A stretch of 64,000 nt of DNA from the NCBI GenBank assembly GCA_043228905.1, contig JBHGNT010000035.1, forward strand, positions 1 to 64,000. Direction: 5' to 3'. The position numbers and the translations under genes were made by a program. Under the pieces are notes generated by a model. That model was not told the origin of the DNA, did no database searches, and saw only the letters and a list, made by a program, of their open reading frames with translations. This document shows, one piece after another, positions 52,201 through 63,500 of this stretch. The DNA is from Azolla caroliniana (lineage: Eukaryota > Plantae > Polypodiophyta). Numbering within the stretch: the first letter of the stretch is position 1; each line of letters starts with the position of its first letter.

Positions 52201-52850
52201 TGTACTTTATCGAACACATCAGCGTACTGACGATACTTCTCGGGGAGTTGAACAATACTGTCTTCTTTAGTGGTGATGGAGGGGTTTACTGATATTGCGA
52301 AAAGGAACATCTCCTCCTTGCGCCCTTCTTCACGCAACTGATGTAGCGAAATGGTTGCCATTGTCTTTTGGGTTTGTCGACACCGGATTGCCCTTGTTCT
52401 CCAATCTATGTTTGGATTGTGTAATTCGAACCATGGTAATCCTAAAACTATGGGATGTTCTGGGATACTAATAATATTAAACGACACTACACATGCTAAG
52501 TTATCTAGGACAATATTAACAGGTTCTGACTCTTCTATGATATTCCCAGAAGCAATGGGACGACCATCAATGACTACTACTGAGGCTGGACACGGGAGCT
52601 TACTGAGGGATATCTGATGGGCTTGGGCAAAATTCCTATCCATAAAGCAAGAATTAGCTCCGGAATCTAGAAGTGCTAAGGTATGTACTGGAGGGGTACT
52701 TTTAGTACTAACTGCTACTTGGGCTACGAACACATCACTAACTTGCTTAGAGGGAATGGAACCACTAATGGGCTGCACAGATCTAGGGCTGTCCAACCAA
52801 ACGGCTCCTATTTTGGCTGGACTTAATAGTTTAACTCTTCTTCTAACTGA
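49248..52850 (-). CDS. pol: Pol polyprotein: aspartic protease, RT, RNase H, integrase, chromodomain
   Basis: LLDSGANSCF; LRLVVDYRGLN..YLDD; EADASD..ELLAI..DHKNL; H..H..CDTC, LDFITDLP, SDRGPQF, DGQAERTNQTLE; GPF; YEVAAILD..YLVDWLGY..TWE. No ATG start; the frame is open back to 52850, overlapping the gag end in the -1 frame. The stop lies inside the 3' LTR. Confidence 0.96.
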   Translation of the reverse strand, partial: SVRRRVKLLSPAKIGAVWLDSPRSVQPISGSIPSKQVSDVFVAQVAVSTKSTPPVHTLALLDSGANSCFMDRNFAQAHQISLSKLPCPASVVVIDGRPIASGNIIEESEPVNIVLDNLACVVSFNIISIPEHPIVLGLPWFELHNPNIDWRTRAIRCRQTQKTMATISLHQLREEGRKEEMFLFAISVNPSITTKEDSIVQLPEKYRQYADVFDKVQANTLPHHRPYDCAIDLQPGKEPPWGPIYSLSPTELEVLRAYIEENLENGFIRHSKSPAGAPIFFVKKKDGSLRLVVDYRGLNKVTIRNRYALPLISSLLERINGARFFTKIDLRGAYNLVRIRPGDEWKTAFRTRYGHFEYTVMPFGLTNAPAVFQHMANDIFRDLLDDFLIIYLDDLLVYSKTQEEHDSHVLLVLKRLREHGLYAKLEKCSFGCNQVEFLGYVISSEGISMDPAKVKTVVEWQTPRSVRDVQCFLGFANFYRKFIQDYSKIVLPLTQLTRKGQSFIWSKETDMAFESLKKAFTSAPILGHVDPEQPFIIEADASDFALGSILSQQGNDEKLHPVAFHSRKFDAAEINYEIHDKELLAIVDSFIQWRHFLEGSPHQVTVFSDHKNLAYFQDARVLNRRQARWAHFLTRFDFKITYRPGKHQGKADALSRRSYLTPRPGEPAFDNQKQVILGPARLQGAQVFDMPMDSDVTNTIREDLKTDAFAQAILAQIDPCRASCSQSQPPGTDYRQFKYCDGLLFFKELLYVPNGSCRLRVVQNCHDTYTAGHFGSTKTLDLVQRSFWWPRMQQFVKDFVRTCDTCCRAKMPRHHPYGLLEPLPIPSKPWQSIALDFITDLPVSKEFNAILTVVDRYTKMAHFLPCTKEISSEDTAEIVMREVCRHHGLPDSIISDRGPQFVSKFWKHLFKMLKVTCNLSSGYHPQTDGQAERTNQTLEQYLRCFLSYHQDDWADILHFAEFAYNNAIHASTKVTPFYAYTGCHPRWSVLEVPEVSTNPCAEDRLERLRKIQEDLSTQLQHAQQSHKDYADRHRLPSSFNIGDRVWLLRRHIKTTRPCEKLDYRRLGPFRIIGKINDVAFRLGLPPQLRIHPVFHSSLLEPYHESTIPGRITQPPPPIELEDGPEYEVAAILDSKIVRNKLYYLVDWLGYSPSERTWELIENVTNARALLEDFHRRYPEKPGPQSKTTRGTRRFKGGIVS
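49256..49268 (-). promoter_or_regulatory. Polypurine tract
   Basis: Minus strand AAAGGGGGGATAG directly precedes the TGTCA of the 3' LTR. Confidence 0.9.
52784..52835 (-). promoter_or_regulatory. Putative gag-pol -1 frameshift signal with H-type pseudoknot
   Basis: G_UUA_AAC (52835-52829), 6-nt spacer, stem GUCCAGCCAAA/UUUGGUUGGAC. Loop UAGG-A-GC can pair with downstream GCCCUA (52789-52784). Confidence 0.8.
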
Positions 52851-54013
52851 CTAAGGACATCAAATTTGTTGACTAAATTTGGACTATAAGTACTATTAGA
52901 ACTTTCATGCATACCTAGGGAAGTAGACTCAGTTTTAGTATTATTAAGACTATCAGACACACCTAGGGAAACAGACTCGGGTTTAGTACTATTAGTACAG
53001 GCAATTATTTGGTTTACCTGTCTTTTTGGTCTATTGGGACAGTTTACTGCAATATGCCCTGGTCCCCCGCAATACAAACATAGTCGATGTGCCCTGCGTC
53101 GCTGCTTTTCTTCTTCCGATAGTGGTCCGCGACGACGTGTGGTGTCGATCTCCATTGGAGTCGGAGTATTCGTTGGAGATGTACTGAAGGACTCCCTTGA
53201 AAAAGGCTTTGCTACGATTGAAGCATAGGTAGGCTCCGATCTTGTCCTTGGCATTTGGAACTGACGTTCCGAGCGTCGTTCGAAGAGGCGGTTATCGCAT
53301 CGCACCGCACGACTGATTGCTTCGGTCAATGATTTTGGCTCTTCGGGGAAAGTTAAGAGTAGATCTTTAACATCATTCCGTAGGCCAAAGCGAAATTGTT
53401 CCATCAATGCCTGGTCATCCCAGGGAATATCGCTGGCAAGAAGACGGAAGTCCGCAGCATAAGCTGAGGCCGACCGCTCACCTTGGCGCAATCTCCGGAT
53501 TTTGTTGATGGCGGTTCTAACACTGTCAGTATCTCCGAAACAGGATTTAAACTCGCTCATAAACTCTTCAAAATTATTTAACATGGGAGAGTTTTTCTCT
53601 AACAGAGGGGCGAACCATGCCAAAGCCGTGCCACTAAGTAGAGTGCGAACTAGTCCCACTCGGGATGCATCGGTGGGATATCGAGAAGGATGCATTTGGA
53701 TCACTAGACGTACCTGGTTGAGGAATCCTCTAAACTGTGATCTGGTCCCATCAAATTTTGTAGGGAGACCGATCTTGGGTTCTCTGTGAATCCCTTGATT
53801 ACCTGATCCTTGTTGTTGGAGTGATATAATGGTCGCTTCGAGTTGTTGTACCCGTAGCGTCAGCTCCCCATGTTGTTGCTGTTTTTCCAGCGCCGTTTGT
53901 TGAAGATCCCCCAACAGGCGGTGATTTTCTTGTTCAAGCGCTAAAAATTTCTCCTTTAAGGACTGGAGCTCCGAGAAAACAGATTGGTATTCTTGAGCGC
54001 TAACAGTTTCCAT
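52823..54013 (-). CDS. gag: Gag (396 aa): N-terminal coiled coil, retrotransposon capsid domain, CCHC zinc knuckle
   Basis: KFDGTR..FRGFLNQV, LSGTALAWF, LRQGERSASAYAADFR, PMEID, CLYCGGPGHIAVNC. Confidence 0.95.
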   Translation of the reverse strand: METVSAQEYQSVFSELQSLKEKFLALEQENHRLLGDLQQTALEKQQQHGELTLRVQQLEATIISLQQQGSGNQGIHREPKIGLPTKFDGTRSQFRGFLNQVRLVIQMHPSRYPTDASRVGLVRTLLSGTALAWFAPLLEKNSPMLNNFEEFMSEFKSCFGDTDSVRTAINKIRRLRQGERSASAYAADFRLLASDIPWDDQALMEQFRFGLRNDVKDLLLTFPEEPKSLTEAISRAVRCDNRLFERRSERQFQMPRTRSEPTYASIVAKPFSRESFSTSPTNTPTPMEIDTTRRRGPLSEEEKQRRRAHRLCLYCGGPGHIAVNCPNRPKRQVNQIIACTNSTKPESVSLGVSDSLNNTKTESTSLGMHESSNSTYSPNLVNKFDVLSQLEEELNY

Positions 54014-54096
54014 TTTGATAGGGAGAATAAGGGTATTAGTATGAAGAGAAGGAGGATAAAAGGGAAGGAAGAGGGAGAGAAAGACCAGATGGAGGA

Positions 54097-54110
54097 AAAT
54101 CGGTTCAAAC
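54097..54110 (-). promoter_or_regulatory. Non-tRNA (self-priming, Tf1-type) primer binding site
   Basis: After the 5' LTR the minus strand reads GTTTGAACCGATTT, with no TGG start. TTGAACCGATTT is exactly complementary to AAATCGGTTCAA at 54357-54346 within the LTR. Confidence 0.85.
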
Positions 54111-54566
54111 TGTCAGGAACGCTACCTAGGCGGAGAAGGAATTAGTACTAAAAGAAGGATTAGTACAATTGTTGAGAACAGTACTAAGACAGAGAAGGAT
54201 TAGTACTATGAGAGGTGTAGAACGTTGAGAGAAGGAACGAGTGAGAGGGAGAGAGAGAGAGAGAGAGAGAGAATGATGATACGAAGGATATATGTATTAG
54301 GTGAAGGAAAATATACAATAACAGCTAGAAGGCTTAAGACTGGCGTTGAACCGATTTGGTTCGAACTAATGCCTTGCGCCTCCTTTTATAGTGTCTTCAG
54401 GAATACTCCTGAAGTTTCTAGAATGTTCCAGAGAAATCTGGAATATACATCCATTTCCTAATAAAATATAAATGAAAATAATATACTTCGAATTACAATG
54501 TATAATATAACGGTAAAGACTCGACCCATGTAACAACAGGTTATGGGTTCGAGTCTAGTTATGACA
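54111..54566 (-). repeat. 5' LTR
   Basis: 456 bp, TGTCA..TGACA; no difference from the 3' LTR seen by eye. Confidence 0.97.
54383..54390 (-). promoter_or_regulatory. Candidate LTR TATA box
   Basis: TATAAAAG on the minus strand, starting 33 nt upstream of the predicted self-primer 5' end at 54357. Confidence 0.7.
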
Positions 54567-57500
54567 ATTGCTAGCGTTGTTAGATTCGATTCACATGTTT
54601 GAACACAAAAATCCGATATCACACGAGCCAGGTAGGAACATTTTAATTTACTCTAGGGGTGCTCACAACTCCCTCTTCAAGTTTGCTAATTTCGTCATGT
54701 CTCTCGATGTGAGTTTCAAAATCTTGATTTTTTAATTCCATATCATAGCTAGCGTTGTTAGATTCGATTCGCATGTTTGAACACAAAAATCCGATATCAC
54801 ACGAGCCAGGTAGGAACATTTTAATTTACTGAAGGGCTGCTCTCAACTCCCTCCTCAAGTTTGCTATTTTCGTCATGTCTCTCGACCTGAGTTTCAAAAT
54901 CTTGATTTTGTAATTCCATATCATAGCGAGCGTTGTTAGCTTCGATTCGCATGTTTGAACACAAAAATCCGATATGACACGAGCCAGGTATGAACATTTT
55001 AATTTACCTAATAGCTCTTCTCAACTCACTCCTCATATTTTGTAATTTCGTCATGTCTCTCGACCTGAGTTTCAAAATCCTGATTTTTTAATTCTATATC
55101 ATAGCTAGCGTTGTTAGCTTCGATTCGCATATTTGAACACATAAATCCGATATCACACGAGCCAGGTATGAACATTTTAATTTACTCAAGGGCTCCCTCA
55201 ACTCCCTCAAGTTTGCTATATTCGTCATGTCTCTCGACCCGAGTTTCAAAATCTTGAACACATCATAGCTAGCGTTGTTAGCTTCGATTCGCATATTTGA
55301 ACACAAAAATCCGATATCACACTCGCCAGGTATGAATATTTTAATTTACCTACTCGCTCTTCTCAACTCACTCCTCAAATTTGGTAATTTCGTCATGTCT
55401 CTCGACCTGAGTTTCAAAATCTTGATTTTTTAATTCCATATCAAAACTAGCGTTGTTAGCTTCGATTCGCATGTTTGAACACAAAAATCCGATATCACAC
55501 GAGCCAGGTATGAACATTTTAATTTACTCAAGGGCTCCTCTCAACCCCCTCCTCAAGTTTGCTAATTTCTTCATATCTCTCGACCTATGTTTAAAATCTT
55601 GAGTTTTTAAATCCACATAATAGCTAGCGTTGTTAGCTTCGATTCGCATATTTGAACACAAAAATCCGATATCACACGAGCCAGGTATGGACATTTTCGT
55701 TTACTCAAGGGCTCCTCTCAACTCCCTCCTCGAATTTGGTAATTTCGTCATGTCTCTCGACCTGAGTTTCAAAATCTTGATTTTTTAATTCCATATCATA
55801 GCTAGCATTGTTACCTTCGATTCGCATGTTTGAACACAAAAATCCGATATCACACGAGCCAGGTATGGACATTTTAATTTACTCAAGGGCTCCTCTCAAC
55901 CCCCTCCTCAAGTTTGCTAATTTCTTCATATCGCTCGACCTGAGTTTCAAAATCTTGATTTTTCAATTCCATATCATAGCTAGCGTTGTTAGCTTCGATT
56001 CGCATGTTTGAACACGAAAATCCGATATCATACGAGCCAGGTACGAATATTTTAATTTACTCAAGGGCTCCTCTCAACTCCCTCCACAAGTTTGCTAATT
56101 TCGTCATGCCTCTCGACCTGAGTTTCAAAATCTTGATTTTTTAATTCCATATCATAGCTTGCGTTGTTAGCTTCGATTCGCATGTCTGAACACAAAAATC
56201 CGATATCATACGAGCCAGGTATGAACATTTTAATTTACCGACTAGCTCTTCTCAACTCACTCCTCGAATTTAGTAATTTCGTCATGTCTCTCGACCTGAG
56301 TTTCAAAATCTTGATTTTTTAATTCCATATCAAAACTAGCGTTGTTAGCTTCGATTCGCATGTTTGAACACAAAAATACGATATCACACGAGCCAGGTAT
56401 GAACATTTTTATTTACTCAAGGGCTCCTCTCAACTCCCTCCTCAAGTTTGCTAATTTCTTCATATCTCTCGACCTAAGTTTAAAATCTTGAGTTTTTAAA
56501 TCCACATCATAGCTAGCGTTGTTAGCTTCGATTCGCATATTTGAACACAAAAATCCGATATCACACTCGCCAGGTATGAATATTTTAATTTACCTACTAG
56601 CTCTTCGTCATGTCTCTCGACCTGAGTTTCAAAATCTTGATTTTTTAACTCCATATCATTGCTAGCGTTGTTAGATTCGATTCACATGTTTGAACACAAA
56701 AATCCGATATCACACGAGCCAGGTAGGAACATTTTAATTTACTCTAGGGGTCCTCACAACTCCCTCTTCAAGTTTGCTAATTTCGTCATGTCTCTCGATG
56801 TGAGTTTCAAAATCTTGATTTTTTAATTCCATATCATAGCTAGCGTTGTTAGATTCGATTCGCATGTTTGAACACAAAAATCCGATTTCACACGAGCCAG
56901 GTATGGACATTTTAGTTTACTCAAGGGCTCCTCTCAACTCCCTCCACAAGTTTGCTAATTTCTTCATATATGTCGACCTGAGTTTCAAAATCATGAGTTT
57001 TTAAATCCACATCATAGCTAGCGTTATTAGCTTCGATTCGCATGTTTGAATACAAAAATCCGATATCACACTCGCCAGGTATGAATATTTAAATTTACCT
57101 ACCTACTCTTCTCAACTCCCTCCTCGAATTTGGTAATTTCGTCATGTCTCTCGACCCTAGTTTGAAAATCTTAATTTTTTAATTCCTTATCATAGCTAGC
57201 GTTGTTAGCTTTGATTCGCATGTTTGAACACATAAATCCGATATGACACTCGCTAGGTATGAACATTTAAATTTACCTACTAGCTCTTCTCAACTCACTC
57301 CTCAAATTTGGTAATTTCCTCATGTCTCTCGACCTGAGTTTCAAAATCTTGATTTTTTAATTCCATATCATAGGTACCGTTGTTAGCTTCGATTCGCATG
57401 TTTGAATACAAAAATCCGATATCACACGAGCCAGGTATGGACATTTTCGTTTACTCAAGGGCTCCTCTGAACTCCCTCCTCATGTTTGCTAATTTCGTCA

Positions 57501-60500
57501 TGTCTCTCGACCTGAGTTTCAAAATCTTGATTTTTTAATTCCATATCATAGCTAGCGTTGTTAGCTTCGATTCGCATGTCTGAACACAAAAATCCGATAT
57601 CACACGAGCTAGGTATGAACATTTTAATTTACCTACTAGCTCTTCTCAACTCACTCCTCGAATTTAGTAATTTCGTCATGTCTCTCGACCTGAGTTTCAA
57701 AATCTTGATTTTTTAATTCCATATCAAAACTAGCGTTGTTAGCTTCGATTCGCATGTTTGAACACAAAAATCCGATATCACACGAGCCAGGTATGAACAT
57801 TTTAATTTACTCAAGGGCTCCTCTCAACTCCCTCCTCAAGTTTGCTAATTTCTTCATATCTCTCGACCTAAGTTTAAAATCTTGAGTTTTTAAATCCACA
57901 TCATAGCTAGCGTTGTTAGCTTCGATTCGCATATTTGAACACAAAAATCCGATATCACACTCGCCAGGTATGAATATTTTAATTTACCTACTAGCTCTTC
58001 TCAACTCACTCCTCAAATTTGGTAATTTCGTCATGTCTCTCGACCTGAGTTTCAAAATCTTGATTTTTTAACTCCATATCATTGCTAGCGTTGTTAGATT
58101 CGATTACATGTTTGAACACAAAAATCCGATATCACACGAGCCAGGTAGGAACATTTTAATTTACTCTAGGGGTCCTCACAACTCCCTCTTCAAGTTTGCT
58201 AATTTCGTCATGTCTCTCGATGTGAGTTTCAAAATCTTGATTTTTTAATTCCATATCATAGCTAGCGTTGTTAGATTCGATTCGCATGTTTGAACACAAA
58301 AATCCGATTTCACACGAGCCAGGTATGGACATTTTAGTTTACTCAAGGGCTCCTCTCAACTCCCTCCTCAAGTTTGTTAATTTCTTCATATCTCTCGACC
58401 TGAGTTTCAAAATCATGAGTTTTTAAATCCACATCATAGCTAGCGTTATTAGCTTCGATTCGCATGTTTGAATACAAAAATCCGATATCACACTCGCCAG
58501 GTATGAATATTTAAATTTACCTACCTACTCTTCTCAACTCCCTCCTCAAATTTGGTAATTTTGTCATGTCTCTCGACCCTAGTTTGAAAATCTTGATTTT
58601 TTAATTCCTTATCATAGCTAGCGTTGTTAGCTTTGATTCGCATGTTTGAACACATAAATCCGATATGACACTCGCTAGGTATGAACATTTAAATTTACCT
58701 ACTAGCTCTTCTCAACTCACTCCTCAAATTTGGTAATTTCCTCATGTCTCTCGACCTGAGTTTCAAAATCTTGATTTTTTAATTCCATATCATAGGTACC
58801 GTTGTTAGCTTCGATTCGCATGTTTGAATACAAAAATACGATACCACACGAGCCAGGTATGGACATTTTGGTTTACTCAAGGGCTCCTCTGAACTCCCTC
58901 CTCATGTTTGCTAATTTCGTCATGTCTCTCGACCTGAGTTTCAAAATCTTGATTTTTTAATTCCATATCATAGCTAGCGTTGTTAGCTTCGATTCGCATG
59001 TCTGAACACAAAAATCCGATATCACACGAGCCAGGTATGAACATTTTAATTTACCTACTAGCTCTTCTCAACTCACTCCTCGAATTTAGTAATTTCGTCA
59101 TGTCTCTCGACCTGAGTTTCAAAATCTTGATTTTTTAATTCCATATCAAAACTAGCGTTGTTAGCTTCGATTCGCATGTTTGAACACAAAAATCCGATAT
59201 CACACGAGCCAGGTATGAACATTTTAATTTACTCAAGGGCTCCTCTTAACTCCCTCCTCAAGTTTGCTAATTTCTTCATATCTCTCGACCTAAGTTTAAA
59301 ATCTTGAGTTTTTAAATCCACATCATAGCTAGCGTTGTTAGCTTCGATTCGCATATTTGAACACAAAAATCCGATATCACACTCGCCAGGTATGAATATT
59401 TTAATTTACCTACTAGCTCTTCTCAACTCACTCCTCAAATTTGGTAATTTCGTCATGTCTCTCGACCTGAGTTTCAAAATCTTGATTTTTTAACTCCATA
59501 TCATTGCTAGCGTTGTTAGATTCGATTCACATGTTTGAACACAAAAATCCGATATCACACGAGCCAGGTAGGAACATTTTAATTTACTCTAGGGGTCCTC
59601 ACAACTCCCTCTTCAAGTTTGCTAATTTCTTCATGTCTCTCGATGTGAGTTTCAAAATCTTGATTTTTTAATTCCATATCATAGCTAGCGTTGTTAGATT
59701 CGATTCGCATGTTTGAACACAAAAATCCGATTTCACACGAGCCAGGTATGGACATTTTGTTTACTCAAGGGCTCCTCTCAACTCCCTCCTCAAGTTTGTT
59801 AATTTCTTCATATCTCTCGACCTGAGTTTCAAAATCATGAGTTTTTAAATCCACATCATAGCTAGCGTTCTTAGCTTCGATTCGCATGTTTGAATACAAA
59901 AATCCGATATCACACTCGCCAGGTATGAACATTTAAATTTACCTACCTACTCTTCTCAACTCCCTCCTCAAATTTGGTAATTTCGTTATGTCTCTCGACC
60001 TAATTTCTCAAATCTTGATTTTTTAAATCCTTATCATAGCTAGCGTTGTTATCTTCGATTCGCATGTTTGAACACATAAATCCGATATGACACTCGCCAG
60101 GTATGAACATTTAAATTTACCTACTAGCTCTTCTCAACTCACTCCTCAAATTTGGTAATTTCCTCATGTCTCTCGACCTGAGTTTCAAAATCTTGACTTT
60201 TTAATTCAATATCATAGCTAGCGTTGTTAGATTCGATTCGCATATTTGAACACAAAAATCCGATATCACACAAGCCAGGTAGGAACATTTTAATTTACTC
60301 AAGGGCTCCTCTCAACTCCCTCCTCAAGTTTGCTATTTTCGTCATGTCTCTCGACCTGAGTTTCAAAATCTTTATTTTTTAATTCCATATCATAGATAGC
60401 GTTGTTAGATTTAATTCACATGTTTGAACACAAAAATCCGATATCACACGAGCCAGATAGGAACATTTTAATTTACTCAAGGGCTCCTCTCAACTCCCTC

Positions 60501-63500
60501 CTCAAGTTTGCTAATTTCTTCATATTTCTCGACCTGAGTTTCAAAATCTTGATTTTTCAATTCCATATCATAGCTAGCGTTGTTAGCTTCGATTCGCATA
60601 TTTGAACACAAAAATCTGATATCATACGAGCCAGGTACGAACATTTTAATTTACTCAACGGCTCCTCTCAACTCCCTCCTCAAGTTTGCTAATTTCGTCA
60701 TGCCTCTTGACCTGAGTTTCAAAATCTTGATTTTTTAATTCCATATTATAGCTTGCGTTGTTAGCTTCGATTCGCATGTCTGAACACAAAAATCCGATAT
60801 CACACGAGCCAGGTATGAGCATTTTAATTTACCTACTAGCTCTTCTCAACTCCTTCCTCGAATTTGGTAATTTCGTCATGTCTCTGGACCTGAGTTTCAA
60901 AATCTTGATTTTTTAATTCCATATCAAAACTAGCGTTGTTAGCTTCGATTCGCATGTTTGAACACAAAAATCCGATATCACACGAGCCAGGTAGGAACAT
61001 TTTAATTTACTCAAGGGCTCCTCTCAACACCCTCCTCAAGTTTGCTAATTTCTTCATATCTCTCGACCTGAGTTTCAAAATCTTGATTTTTTAATTCGAT
61101 ATCATAGCTAGTGTTGTTAGCTTCGATTCGCATGTTTGAACACAAAAATCCGATATCACACGAGCCAGGTATGAACAATTTAATTTACCTACTAGCTCTT
61201 CTCAACTCACTCCTCAAATTTGGTAATTTCGTCATGTCTCTCGACCTGAGTTTCAAAATCTTGATTTTTTAATTCCATATCATAGCTAGCGTTTTAAGCT
61301 TCGATTCGTATGTTTGAACACAAAAATCCGATATCACACGAGCCAGTTATGAACATTTTAATTTACTCAAGGGCTCCTCTCAACTCCCTCCTCAAGTTTG
61401 CTAATTTCTTGATATCTCTCGACCTGAGTTTAAAAATCTTGATTTTTTAAATCCACATCATAGCTACCGCTGTTAGCTTCGATTCGCATGTTTGAACACA
61501 TAAATTCGATATGACACGAGCCACGTATGAACATTTTAATTTACCTACTAGCTCTTCTCAACTCACTCCTCAAATTTGGTAATTTCGTCATGTCTCACGA
61601 CCTGCGTTTCAAAATCTTGACTTTTTAATTCCATATCATAGCTAGCGTTGTTAGATTCGAATGGCATATTTGAACACAAAAATCCGATATCACACGAGCC
61701 AGGTAGGAACATTTTAATTTACTCAAGGGCTCCTCTCAACTCCCTCCTCAAGTTTGCTATTTTCGTCATGTCTCTCGACCTGAGTTTCAAAATCTTGATT
61801 TTTTAATTCCATATCATAGCTAGCGTTGTTAGATTCGATTCGCATGTTTGAACACAAAAATCCGATATCACACGAGCCAGGTAGGAACATTTTAATTTAC
61901 TGAAGGGCTCCTCTCAACTCCCTCCTCAAGTTTGCTATTTTCGTCATGTCTCTCGAACTGAGTTTCAAAATCTTGATTTTGTAATTCCATATCATAGCTA
62001 GTGTTGTTAGCTTCGATTCGCATGTTTGAACACAAAAATCCGATATGACACGAGCCAGGTATGAACATTTTAATTTACCTAATAGCTCTTCTCAACTCAC
62101 TCCTCATATTTTGTAATTTCGTCATGTCTCTCGACCTGAGTTTCAAAATCCTGATTTTTTAATTCTATATCATAGCTAGCGTTGTTAGCTTCGATTCGCA
62201 TATTTGAACACATAAATCCGATATCACACGAGCCAGGTATGAACATTTTAATTTACTCAAGGGCTCCCTCAACTCCCTCAAGTTTGCTATTTTCGTCATG
62301 TCTCTCGACCCGAGTTTCAAAATCTTGAACACATCATAGCTAGCGTTGTTAGCTTCGATTCGCATATTTGAACACAAAAATCCGATATCACACTCGCCAG
62401 GTATGAATATTTTAATTTACCTACTCGCTCTTCTCAACTCACTCCTCAAATTTGGTAATTTCGTCATGTCTCTCGACCTGAGTTTCAAAATCTTGATTTT
62501 TTAATTCCATATCAAAACTAGCGTTGTTAGCTTCGATTCGCAGGTTTGAACACAAAAATCCGATATCACACGAGCCAGGTATGAACATTTTAATTTACTC
62601 AAGGGCTCCTCTCAACCCCCTCCTCAAGTTTGCTAATTTCTTCATATCTCTCGACCTATGTTTAAAATCTTGAGTTTTTAAATCCACATAATAGCTAGCG
62701 TTGTTAGCTTCGATTCGCATATTTGAACACAAAAATCCGATATCACACGAGCCAGGTATGGACATTTTCGTTTACTCAAGGGCTCCTCTCAACTCCCTCC
62801 TCGAATTTGGTAATTTCGTCATGTCTCTCGACCTGAGTTTCAAAATCTTGATTTTTTAATTCCATATCATAGCTAGCATTGTTACCTTCGATTCGCATGT
62901 TTGAACACAAAACTCCGATATTACACGAGCCAGGTATGGACATTTTAATTTACTCAAGGGCTCCTCTCAACCCCCTCCTCAAGTTTGCTAATTTCTTCAT
63001 ATCGCTCGACCTGAGTTTCAAAATCTTGATTTTTCAATTCCATATCATAGCTAGCGTTGTTAGCTTCGATTCGCATGTTTGAACACGAAAATCCGATATC
63101 ATACGAGCTAGGTACGAATATTTTAATTTACTCAAGGGCTCCTCTCAACTCCCTCCACAAGTTTGCTAATTTCGTCATGCCTCTCGACCTGAGTTTCAAA
63201 ATCTTGATTTTTTAATTCCATATCATAGCTTGCGTTGTTAGCTTCGATTCGCATGTCTGAACACAAAAATCCGATATCATACGAGCCAGGTATGAACATT
63301 TTAATTTACCTACTAGCTCTTCTCAACTCACTCCTCGAATTTAGTAATTTCGTCATGTCTCTCGACCTGAGTTTCAAAATTTTGATTTTTTAATTCCATA
63401 TCAAAACTAGCGTTGTTAGCTTCGATTCGCATGTTTGAACATAAGGGCTCCTCTCAACTCCCTCCTCAAGTTTGCTATTTTCGTCATGTCTCTCGACCTG

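Larger units (their letters stand above)
48800..54566 (-). mobile_element. Full-length Ty3/gypsy LTR retrotransposon, chromovirus (Tcn1/Tf1-like), 5767 bp
   Basis: Two 456-bp LTRs with TGTCA..TGACA ends, 5-bp TSD ATTGC (48795-48799 and 54567-54571), gag plus pol in PR-RT-RH-IN-chromodomain order, and a PPT. Clade assignment is from recalled features, not a tree. Confidence 0.97.

Noticed and set aside
54103-54110. PBS begins GTTTGAAC, also present in the satellite monomer (possible satellite-RNA priming)
   Set aside because: Only 8 nt match; the 12-nt complement within the LTR explains the PBS better.
48914-54461. 78-aa LTR ORFs and short ORFs overlapping gag/pol
   Set aside because: The LTR ORF runs through a (GA)n tract (ERERER) antisense to the element; the others are alternate-frame shadows.
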